NCBI RefSeq assembly: GCF_000091665.1 | Contig: NC_000909.1 | Span: forward strand, 623,581 to 655,580 | Origin: Methanocaldococcus jannaschii DSM 2661 | Lineage (GTDB): Archaea > AGJL01 > Methanococci > Methanococcales > Methanocaldococcaceae | Direction: 5' to 3' | DNA length: 32,000 nucleotides | Shown: positions 20,414 through 28,487 of the stretch, in pieces | How positions within the stretch are numbered: position 1 is the stretch's first letter | Layout of the letters: the number at the start of each line of letters is the position of its first letter | Made by a program: the position numbers and the translations under genes | The notes under the pieces: model-generated | The model's input: only the letters and a program-made list of their open reading frames with translations | Database searches by the model: none | What the model was told of the DNA's origin: nothing

Positions 20414-21382
20414 ATGGATAGTGTTCTAAGTGGTAAGATTGTTCAAATACTTGTGGGGTATTTAAAAGAAAATATCTATTCTGAACAAATGATAAAACTT
20501 AGGATGAAGAGAATTTGTAGCTATGAGGAGTTTTTACCAACATACTCTTTAATAGAAAGGATTACTGAAGAAAGTAAAGAGATAGCAATAAAAGTATATG
20601 AAAAGAACATTATCGTAGAGATTGTTAAAGATTTTAAAAATAAGGATTTAATAGAACTATTTGAACTTAAAGAAGAGCTATTTGATGAAGCTTTAAGCTA
20701 TTTAAAAAAATATAATGCAGATAAATTCTTAGAGAGCTACACTTTATACTGCTTTAGTGAGTATTCAGACCCTGACTCATTTATCAAGGAAAATAAGAGT
20801 ATATTAACAAAACTTCTTAGAAATCAGTATGAAGAAGTTCCAGAGGAATATATAAATGAATTATTAAAAAGCAAAATAAAGTATTCAACAAAAGATTTAA
20901 TAATTTTGGATTGGGATAATGGAATAATCTTAGATAAAAATGAAGATTTCTGGGAAGAAGTTGATATTATCGAACTTGCCTGTATTAGAGTTTTGAATTT
21001 AAGAGTATTTGACAGTATGCTAAGTGAAGCAATACAATATTTCACAAGATTACAGTGGGAAAAACTTGGATATTTTAAGCTAAAAAAACTATCTAAGGAT
21101 TTATATCTACAAAGAATCAGCTATATATCATATTTTGATAGCATTGAAAATGTCCTTATGTTGTATGGAGACAGATATTATGCTGAGTTGTATGAAAGAT
21201 TATGTAAAATATTCTACGTCTCAGAATGGATTAAAAGAGTAGAGAAAAAAATGGAAATGATTAGTGATATATACACAATGACAAGGCAACATTTAACTGA
21301 GTTTTATGGATTATTGTTGGAAGGAACAATTGTTGCTTTAATACTATTGGAGATAATTTTAGCTTTAGCAAAGATTGTTTAA
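20414..21382 (+). CDS. Acidic hypothetical protein with a single C-terminal TM anchor (possibly DUF155/RMD1-like)
   Basis: 322-aa ORF with good AT-rich codon usage and a gggag Shine-Dalgarno sequence. The C-terminus [23 protein letters not shown] is hydrophobic. Its weak resemblance to the DUF155 layout is from memory and unverified. Confidence 0.7.
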
Positions 21383-22386
21383 ATAACTCCTGTTTCTTCA
21401 GCCAGTTTCCTTGCCTCTTCTCTACTTAACCCATCTCTTAATATAGTCCATCTATTTCTTATTTTATGAGCCATAGTTAATGCCTCAATAATGATATCTT
21501 CATCAAATCCAAGTTCTTTGGCAGTTGTTGGAGCATCAACCTTTTTTAAACTCATTTTAATCTTTTCATGTAATCCAGATAACTTTTTATTCTCTTTCTC
21601 ATGTAGATAGCTCATCATTATTGTTCCTATTCCACACTGTTCTCCATGTAAGGAATTTATATTTAAGTTATACTCCTCTTTTAACTTATCCAAAGCATGA
21701 GAGAAGAGATGCTCACTTCCGGAGGCGGGTCTTGAAGAATTTGCTATAGCTATCGCTATACCACTCCCAACTAATGCTTTTACAAGTTTATTATGATACT
21801 CTGACAAATCTGAATTTAAAACATAACTTATTAATTCTTTAGCTATTGTTTTTGAAAATATAGCAGAGCTCTCACTGTATTTTTCCCCTTTCTCTTTATA
21901 AGCCAATTTCCAATCTAAAACAGCTGTTATATTTGAAACAATATCCCCCATTCCTGCACTTAACAATCTCCTTGGAGATTTTTTTATTATCTCTGTATCA
22001 GCAATTATGGCTATTGGGGCATCAACCATAAATGAGGGTTGTCTTATAGAAACAATTGGTGAGGCAATGCCATCATTTGACGCAGTTGTGGGCACACTAA
22101 TAAATGGAATACCTAATTTATAAGCTAAATATTTACCAGTATCTATTGATCTTCCTCCTCCAATACCAATTACACAATCATAGGCAGTATATTTTTTAAG
22201 TTCAATTTCAAGATTGTTTAAAATTTCATCATAATATACAATATCATAGAAAAATCTACAGTATTTTTTTGTATTTTTTCCGGTAATCACTAATGGATTT
22301 TTTAAGTTGAGTTTTTTCAAAATTTCCTCTATTTTATTAATTGCTCCATCTTCTATAATTGTATATCTTGGTGTGACTATAATCAT
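21379..22386 (-). CDS. egsA: sn-Glycerol-1-phosphate dehydrogenase (archaeal lipid backbone synthesis)
   Basis: 335 aa with an iron-containing alcohol dehydrogenase/DHQS-like fold. It has the motifs [12 protein letters not shown] and [11 protein letters not shown], plus the His cluster [12 protein letters not shown]...HGEQCG. Confidence 0.9.
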
Positions 22387-22387
22387 C

Positions 22388-22438
22388 CTACCCCTCTTTT
22401 AAAATATAAGCTATTCCTTGTCCAAAACTAATCCCGCC
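22388..22438 (-). pseudogene. Fossil second copy of the hypF 3' end ([16 protein letters not shown]-stop)
   Basis: Minus-strand translation is 14/16 aa identical to the real HypF C-terminus encoded at 22502-22549. Nucleotide identity is about 77% (11 differences in 48 nt). No start codon exists, and the upstream frame is unrelated. Confidence 0.7.
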
Positions 22439-22479
22439 CCATAGGGCTCTGCCTATTGGGATACCCGTTATCCATTAAG

Positions 22480-22498
22480 TTGGGGCTTTCAGCCCCAA
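22480..22498. other. Perfect 7-bp GC-rich hairpin immediately after the hypF stop
   Basis: The hairpin is ttggggc-tttca-gccccaa. It abuts the TAA at 22499-22501. Smaller hairpins lie at 22459-22473 (ggata-cccgt-tatcc) and 22436-22447 (gccc-cata-gggc). Confidence 0.6.
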
Positions 22499-24799
22499 TT
22501 AATATCCATTTTTTAAGATATAGGCAACACCTTGCCCAAAACTAATTCCCCCATCTCCATTAGGAACTCTTTGATGATAAATAAAATTAAAACCCTCCCT
22601 TTTTGCATTATTCATAATTCTTTCAGTTATTATTTTGTTATATGAGACTCCTCCAGTAATGCCTATAGTATTTATTCCAAATTTATTCGATATTTTCTTA
22701 GCAATCTCAAATAATCCATCTGCTATATAAATATGGGCAAAATGTGCTATTTTTTCTTTATTTTCGTTATTTAATAGCATCTCATAAGATTTGTAAATAA
22801 GTTCTGTAGTATTTAAGATGTTATTTTTTATTTTTGGCTCTATATTAATATCTCCTTTAAACCTATTTGCCACTGGCTCTAATCTTATACTCGGCTCTCC
22901 ATCGTAAGTTTTTTCAAAGCAAATTCCTAATAAAGCTGAAACAGCATCTAAAACTCTACCAGTGGATGTAGTTATTGGACAGTTAAGTTTTTTCTCAAGT
23001 TGGAATTTTAATAATCTAAGTTCTTTTTCTGAGAAGAAATTATATCTTTTTATAAAATCAAATGCCTCCTCACCAATGGCTTTATATAATATAGAAAGTA
23101 GCATCCTCAAAGGATACTTAGTTGCTAAGTCCCCTCCTAACTGATACTGTTCCTCCAAATGCCCTACTCTCTCCATCTTGCCATCTTTAAATAACAAAAC
23201 CTCCCCTCCCCAAATATTCCCATCCAATCCATAACCTACCCCATCCAACGACAAAATTATTGCATCATCGAAATAGTTGTTGTCCCCTAATAAGCTATAA
23301 GCATGTGCAAAATGATGCTGAACTCTAAAAATCTCAGCCCCAAATTTTTCTGATAATTCCTCAGCTAATTTTGTTGAATTAAACTGAGGATGCAAGTCAC
23401 AAACAATAGCATCAATTTTATTTGTGTTTGTTAATCTTAAAATGTTGTTTATCGCATCTCTTAGATAGCAGAATGTCTCATACTTTGAGGTATTTCCTAT
23501 ATACTGGGTTAGATAAAACTTATCTCTCTTTACAATACAAGCGGTTGAGTTTAGCTCAGCCCCAACACATAGGATATTTTTATTATTGTTTATATTAACC
23601 TTTACAGGCTCTGGAGCAAATCCCCTTGACCTCCTTAAAAAAACTAATCTATCAGCTACCTTTTTAACAACACTGTCATCACATCTATTCACTATCCTTC
23701 TATTATGCAATAAGAAGTAGTCAGCAATACCGTTAAGTTTTTTTAATATCTCATCATTATCCTTAACCATTGGTAATCCTGGCAGATTAGCAGAGGTCAT
23801 AACATAAGCAATCTCTTTATCAAATAAGAGATAATGCAACCCACTGTATGGAAACATAACTCCAATAGTGTCTAAATTAGAAACATACTTTGAAAAATAT
23901 TTATCATAATCTTGGCTCTTTTTTAAAACAACTATTGGTCTTCTTAAAGATAACAAAGCATTTTTTTCATCTTCGTCAAATTCAGCAAACAGCTCTGTAT
24001 ATTCTATTTTACTCATTACTGCAAATGGTTGAGTTGGTCTTCCCAATCTCTTCCTTAATTCTAAAACTACATCATCCTCTCCTACTTTACAAGCTAAGTG
24101 AGTCCCTCCAATTCCTTTTATAGCTAATATATGACCCTCTTCCAATAATTTAACTGTTTCTCTAATTGCTTCATCTTTTTCAGCTATAATCTCTTTTCCA
24201 TCACTCAAAAATACCTTAGGACCGCAAATTGGGCAACAAGTGGCTTGAGCATGAAATCTCCTATCTAAAGGATTTTTATATTCCTCCAAGCACTTTTCAC
24301 ATAAAGGAAAATCTCTCATTGATGTATTTTCTCTATCATAGGGAAGTTTTTCAACTATTGTAAATCTCGGCCCACAATTTGTGCATGCAATAAATGGGTA
24401 TCTGTATCTCCTATCATTTTTATCAAGCATTTCTTTTAAGCAGTCGTCACATATTGCTACATCAGCTGGTATAGTGCCTTCTTCCTCATCTTTAGCGTTT
24501 TCACTCTTTATAATATAGAAGTCATCAAATTCTTCAATTCCTTTAATTTCCTCAATATCCAATTTATCAATTCTTGACAATGGCGGTTTCTTATTTTTTA
24601 AATCATTGATAAAATTTCTTATATCCTCTTTTTTTCCTTCAATAAGAATTTCCACATAATTCCCCATGTTTTTTACATAGCCCTTTAAATTATTTTTTTT
24701 AGCTATTCTATAAACAAAAGGTCTAAACCCTACACCTTGAACTATACCTTTAACTTTAATTCTTACCTTCATTTTAACACCAAAAAATAATATCTCCAT
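22499..24799 (-). CDS. hypF: [NiFe]-hydrogenase maturation carbamoyltransferase HypF
   Basis: It has an N-terminal acylphosphatase domain (VKGIVQGVGFRPFVY). Two zinc-finger pairs are present (CDDC..CTNCGPRF and CEKC..CPICGPK). YrdC-like and Kae1-like domains follow. The likely start is MKVRIKV at 24772. Confidence 0.95.
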   Translation of the reverse strand: MEILFFGVKMKVRIKVKGIVQGVGFRPFVYRIAKKNNLKGYVKNMGNYVEILIEGKKEDIRNFINDLKNKKPPLSRIDKLDIEEIKGIEEFDDFYIIKSENAKDEEEGTIPADVAICDDCLKEMLDKNDRRYRYPFIACTNCGPRFTIVEKLPYDRENTSMRDFPLCEKCLEEYKNPLDRRFHAQATCCPICGPKVFLSDGKEIIAEKDEAIRETVKLLEEGHILAIKGIGGTHLACKVGEDDVVLELRKRLGRPTQPFAVMSKIEYTELFAEFDEDEKNALLSLRRPIVVLKKSQDYDKYFSKYVSNLDTIGVMFPYSGLHYLLFDKEIAYVMTSANLPGLPMVKDNDEILKKLNGIADYFLLHNRRIVNRCDDSVVKKVADRLVFLRRSRGFAPEPVKVNINNNKNILCVGAELNSTACIVKRDKFYLTQYIGNTSKYETFCYLRDAINNILRLTNTNKIDAIVCDLHPQFNSTKLAEELSEKFGAEIFRVQHHFAHAYSLLGDNNYFDDAIILSLDGVGYGLDGNIWGGEVLLFKDGKMERVGHLEEQYQLGGDLATKYPLRMLLSILYKAIGEEAFDFIKRYNFFSEKELRLLKFQLEKKLNCPITTSTGRVLDAVSALLGICFEKTYDGEPSIRLEPVANRFKGDINIEPKIKNNILNTTELIYKSYEMLLNNENKEKIAHFAHIYIADGLFEIAKKISNKFGINTIGITGGVSYNKIITERIMNNAKREGFNFIYHQRVPNGDGGISFGQGVAYILKNGY

Positions 24800-24903
24800 T
24801 TAATTTTAAATTTGATTATTATTTAATTTTTTAATATGTAGTTTTGAAAATCTAATTGATATTATTAAAATTTTTAATATACATATTAAATTTTATGATA
24901 AAG

Positions 24904-24911
24904 TTTATATA
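24904..24911 (+). promoter_or_regulatory. TATA box (tttatata) upstream of the Roadblock gene
   Basis: This consensus box A lies about 47 nt upstream of ATG 24958. The ggtggag Shine-Dalgarno sequence is at 24948-54. Confidence 0.5.
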
Positions 24912-24945
24912 AAACAAATTCAAACATAATTAAACGTAAAAAATT

Positions 24946-25302
24946 TTGGTGGAGAGTATGATTGACAGAGTTTTATTAGAGCTAAATAGAACCGATGGAG
25001 TTAAAGGTTCAATGGTTGTTGGGAAGGATGGGTTAGTTATAGCCTCTCAATTGCCAGGAAATGTAGATGCTGAATTAGTTGGGGCTATGGCTTCAGCAGC
25101 ATTTGGGGCTGCTGAGAGAACCTCTTCCGAGATTGGGTTAAGTGGTTTAGAACAAACAATGATTGAAGGAGAGCATGGGAAAACATTAATGGTCGATGCA
25201 GGAGAGGGAATTTTAGTAGTCTTAACTGACGCAAAAGTTAATTTGGGTTTAATTAGAATAACAATGAAAAGAGCGGCAGATAAGATAAAAGCAATGTTTT
25301 AA
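24946..25302 (+). CDS. Roadblock/LC7 (MglB-like) domain protein
   Basis: About 114 aa from ATG 24958. The pattern G.[15 protein letters not shown].lp...[17 protein letters not shown]...G.....miEge.Gk.lm is typical of Roadblock/LC7. Confidence 0.8.
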   Translation: MVESMIDRVLLELNRTDGVKGSMVVGKDGLVIASQLPGNVDAELVGAMASAAFGAAERTSSEIGLSGLEQTMIEGEHGKTLMVDAGEGILVVLTDAKVNLGLIRITMKRAADKIKAMF

Positions 25303-25343
25303 ATAAATTCTAATCCTTCAAAATTTACAATGAGGGATTTGGA

Positions 25344-26360
25344 ATGAAAATATCAATATATGGAGCTGGGAATCAGAGGCTTTATTTAGAACAGTTGAAA
25401 GTTCCAGAAAAGTTTGGTGGGGAGCCACCTTATGGAGGAGCTGGAATGGCTATTGAATTTGCTAAGGCAGGACATGATGTTGTTTTATCTGAACCAAATA
25501 GGGATGTTATGAGTGATGATTTATGGAAGAAGGTTGAGGATGCTGGAGTTAAGGTTGTTAGTGATGATATCGAAGCTGCAAAGCATGGGGAAATTCATGT
25601 TTTATTTACACCATTCGGAAGAATAACATTAAACATTGCAAATACAATTATTGAACATGTTCCAGAGAATGCAATTATTTGTAACACTTGTACTATCCCA
25701 ACTCCTGTTTTGTATAGGTCGTTGGAGGGAATTTTAAGATTAAAGAGGAGAGATGTTGGTATTAGCTCAATGCACCCAACAGGAGTTCCTGGAACTCCTT
25801 CTCAAAAATATTACACAATTGCAGGAAAAGCTTTGGAAGGAAAAGAGTATGCAACAGAAGATCAGATAAATAAATTAGTTGAATTGGTAAAAAGCGTTGG
25901 AAAGATTCCTTATGTAACTCCTGCAGATGTTGTTCCTGCAGTTGCGGATATGGGGGCTTTAGTCACTGCAGTTGCCTTAGTTGGAGTTTTGGATTATTAT
26001 AGGGTTGGAACGCAGATTATCAACGCTCCAAAGGATATGATAGAAAAGCAAATATTGATATCTTTACAAACAATTGCTTCAATTATTGAAACTTCTGGAA
26101 TGGAGGGATTAATGAAAGTATTTAACAAAGACGCTTTACTTTCATCTGCAAAGAACATGTTAATTGATGAAAGACAGGAGGATTTAAATTTAGCTTTAAA
26201 GATTATTGAAGAGTTTGATAAATCAACTATTGGAGAGAAAGATATCAGCCAGACCTATTTAGTAGCTCCACAGGCGCTAATAAAAGAGGCAGTATCATTA
26301 ATTGGAAAGAGTGCTGTTGAGGGGATGATTAGAAGAAGTTCAAATAAATTATTCAAATAA
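25344..26360 (+). CDS. Hmd paralog (HmdII/HmdIII-type, related to H2-forming methylene-H4MPT dehydrogenase)
   Basis: 338 aa with an N-terminal Rossmann-like MKISIYGAGNQ. The segments NTCTIP and MHPTGVPGTP recall the Hmd family from memory. Alignment is needed to confirm this and to assign II versus III. Confidence 0.6.
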   Translation: MKISIYGAGNQRLYLEQLKVPEKFGGEPPYGGAGMAIEFAKAGHDVVLSEPNRDVMSDDLWKKVEDAGVKVVSDDIEAAKHGEIHVLFTPFGRITLNIANTIIEHVPENAIICNTCTIPTPVLYRSLEGILRLKRRDVGISSMHPTGVPGTPSQKYYTIAGKALEGKEYATEDQINKLVELVKSVGKIPYVTPADVVPAVADMGALVTAVALVGVLDYYRVGTQIINAPKDMIEKQILISLQTIASIIETSGMEGLMKVFNKDALLSSAKNMLIDERQEDLNLALKIIEEFDKSTIGEKDISQTYLVAPQALIKEAVSLIGKSAVEGMIRRSSNKLFK

Positions 26361-26404
26361 TCATAATAAAGTAATACTTATACTGAATATTCGAAATTAT
26401 TATT

Positions 26405-26692
26405 TTGGAATTTTACAATATAGGTGATATTATGGCATTAAAATTCACCATTGAAGAGTTATCAAATCAAAAAAGAGATACATTAGGAAGAAATATTGAC
26501 GTAACTGTTTTTAGATTAATAAGATTTATGGATTTGGAAAGATATTTAGGAAGAGGGGCTCATGGAGTTATTTACGAATGTGGAAGAGAGCTTGGACTGG
26601 CATTAAATCCAAAAACTGTTGAAGATGTAGTTAAGTTTTGTGAGGAATATAAAATTGGAAAGGTGGAGATAGTTAATAAAGAGCCATTGTAA
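26405..26692 (+). CDS. V4R-domain protein, N-terminal segment ending at an in-frame TAA
   Basis: The likely start is ATG 26432, preceded by aggtgat. The sequence ..TVFRLIRFMDLERYLGRGAHGVIYECGRELG.. matches the first half of V4R domains. It stops at 26690-26692. Confidence 0.7.
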   Translation: MEFYNIGDIMALKFTIEELSNQKRDTLGRNIDVTVFRLIRFMDLERYLGRGAHGVIYECGRELGLALNPKTVEDVVKFCEEYKIGKVEIVNKEPL

Positions 26693-26878
26693 ATTAGGGT
26701 TTATGAATGTATCTCTTGTTCTGGACTTCCTGAGGTTGGAGAGACATTATGTTGGTTTGAAGGAGGCTTTATTGCTGGATGCTTAGAAAAAATATTAAAC
26801 AAGAGAGTTAGAGTGAAAGAAACTCACTGTGCAGGTTTGGGGCATGATTTCTGTCAGTTTGAGGTAAAAGTCCTTTAA
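26693..26878 (+). pseudogene. V4R C-terminal Cys-rich half, in frame with the upstream ORF and lacking its own start codon
   Basis: The same frame continues directly after the TAA: IRVYECISCSGLPEVGETLCWFEGGFIAGCLEKILNKRVRVKETHCAGLGHDFCQFEVKVL-stop. This is the canonical V4R C-terminal motif set (C-x2-C, C-x-F-x-x-G, E-x-x-C, C-x-F). There is no in-frame ATG/GTG/TTG until very near the end. Confidence 0.65.
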
Positions 26879-27234
26879 TGATATTTTTTCATCTCATTTA
26901 TTATATATTCTAAAGCTTCAAAACCCTCTTTTCTATGTCTTGCAAAAACGGCTATTGAAGCAATCCTCTCCCCAATACTTAAAAATCCAGTGTTGTGGTA
27001 AAATAAGATATCAATAACATCAAACTTATTTTTTGCCTCCTCAATAACTAACTTCAACTTTTCTAAGATGTCTTCATCTATCTTCATTCCTTTTGATGGA
27101 ACTTTTTCTCCATCTTTTAAATCATACTCCCTAACAAATCCATTGAAAGTTACAATACATCCAAATTTCCCTTTGTATTTTTCAATACATTCATCCATCT
27201 TTTTGCAAAACTCTTCATACTCGTTAAAAATCAT
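26875..27234 (-). CDS. MoaE-like protein (molybdopterin synthase catalytic-subunit family, short form)
   Basis: 119 aa. GCIVTFNGFVRE and ILFYHNTGFLSIGERIASIAVFARHRKEGFEALEYIINEMK follow the MoaE pattern G.vvtF.G.vR ... HR.G.l..ge..v.v.v.s.HR..aF.A....id.lK. The protein ends before the usual P-x-WK-K/E tail. Confidence 0.55.
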   Translation of the reverse strand: MIFNEYEEFCKKMDECIEKYKGKFGCIVTFNGFVREYDLKDGEKVPSKGMKIDEDILEKLKLVIEEAKNKFDVIDILFYHNTGFLSIGERIASIAVFARHRKEGFEALEYIINEMKKYH

Positions 27235-27253
27235 TTTCTCACCTAAAAATGTT

Positions 27254-28462
27254 TTATAATATTAAATATCCCAAAACTAAGCTTAGTAATACAACTAATA
27301 ACATATTATATTTTTTATACAACAATAGAAATGATACAATAAATATTATTAATGCCTGTATTGACCAATCAACTAAGAGTGCAAATCTTATAGTTACTGC
27401 TACCAGCAAGCCAACGAATGATACTAATATCATATGTAAAATATTCTTGAAAATGGTATTATGTTTTAAACTGTCAAATATTGGAATTGAAGATAACAAT
27501 ATTATGAACGAAGGTGTAAAAACGCTTATAGTAGAAATAATACTTCCAATAAAACCTCCAACAATATATCCTACAAATGTGGCAGTTATTACTATGGGTC
27601 CTGGCGTTATTTGCCCTAATGCAATTCCATCCATAAAGGTTTTAGCATCCATTAGATTGTATTTATCTACAACCTCATGCAACATAAAGGGAACTGACCC
27701 ATATCCCCCACCAAAAGCAAAAACATCAACTTTCATCATAAGTGTTGAAAGTAGGAATAATTTTGAATCAATCATATAAAGAATTAAATTAAATAAAAAC
27801 ACTCCAAATAACAGATAAGCCACATATTTATATATTCTTAACTTTTCTCTTGGTATATCTATCTTTAATGAAAGTTTTGTAATATCACGCCTATACATTA
27901 AAAATCCAATAAATATCGATACAAAGATAACAATAAACGGACTAAATTTTAAAATAAATAATAATGCCGATATTAAAAGTAAAAAAACATCCCCGATAGT
28001 TCTAATATTTTTTTTACTAAAGTTTAGTGTTCCATTAGCAGCTAATGATACCACAATAATTCTTAAAGCCTCAAAAATTGAAACAGTTTTTGGCAAAGAT
28101 TTAACATGCATATATATAATTGTTAAAAATAACATGATTAAAAACGCAGGCAATGCATAAGCCATAAAAGCAGCAAAAGCTCCTACAATCCCTCTAAGAT
28201 AAAACCCAACATAAGCCGCTACTTGCATCACAGAAGCTCCAGGAATTATTTGAGCTAAAGCAACTCCATTATTAAAACTTTTTTCATCCATCCATTTTTT
28301 CTCATCTACTACCATTTCTCTGACATAGGCAATTGCTGTTGGTCCCCCAAATGCTACCATCCCAAGTTTTAAAAAAGACATAAAAATATTTAAAGCAGAA
28401 GGATTATTCCTTTTTTCCATTTTATCCCTTTTATTAGTTTTATTCATTGGATGCATCATCAT
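27254..28462 (-). CDS. chrA: Chromate ion transporter (CHR/ChrA family), two-domain form
   Basis: About 12 TM helices. The CHR motifs are duplicated: FGGPTAIAYVREMVVDEKKWMDEKSFNNGVALAQIIPGA and FGGGYGSVPFMLHEVVDKYNLMDAKTFMDGIALGQITPGP. The true start is probably MEKRNN at about 28420. Confidence 0.85.
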   Translation of the reverse strand: MMMHPMNKTNKRDKMEKRNNPSALNIFMSFLKLGMVAFGGPTAIAYVREMVVDEKKWMDEKSFNNGVALAQIIPGASVMQVAAYVGFYLRGIVGAFAAFMAYALPAFLIMLFLTIIYMHVKSLPKTVSIFEALRIIVVSLAANGTLNFSKKNIRTIGDVFLLLISALLFILKFSPFIVIFVSIFIGFLMYRRDITKLSLKIDIPREKLRIYKYVAYLLFGVFLFNLILYMIDSKLFLLSTLMMKVDVFAFGGGYGSVPFMLHEVVDKYNLMDAKTFMDGIALGQITPGPIVITATFVGYIVGGFIGSIISTISVFTPSFIILLSSIPIFDSLKHNTIFKNILHMILVSFVGLLVAVTIRFALLVDWSIQALIIFIVSFLLLYKKYNMLLVVLLSLVLGYLIL

Positions 28463-28479
28463 CGCTTCGCTCGATGATG
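28457..28479. other. GC-rich 8-bp hairpin between ABCE1 and chrA
   Basis: catcatcg-cttcgct-cgatgatg. On the minus strand the loop reads agcgaag. An alternative register pairs 28453-60 with 28473-80. Confidence 0.5.
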
Positions 28480-28487
28480 CCTCTTAG

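Noticed and set aside
26690-26692. Selenocysteine or pyrrolysine recoding as the explanation for the in-frame stop in the V4R gene
   Set aside because: The codon is TAA, not TGA or TAG. No SECIS-like structure is required or evident, so known recoding systems do not apply.
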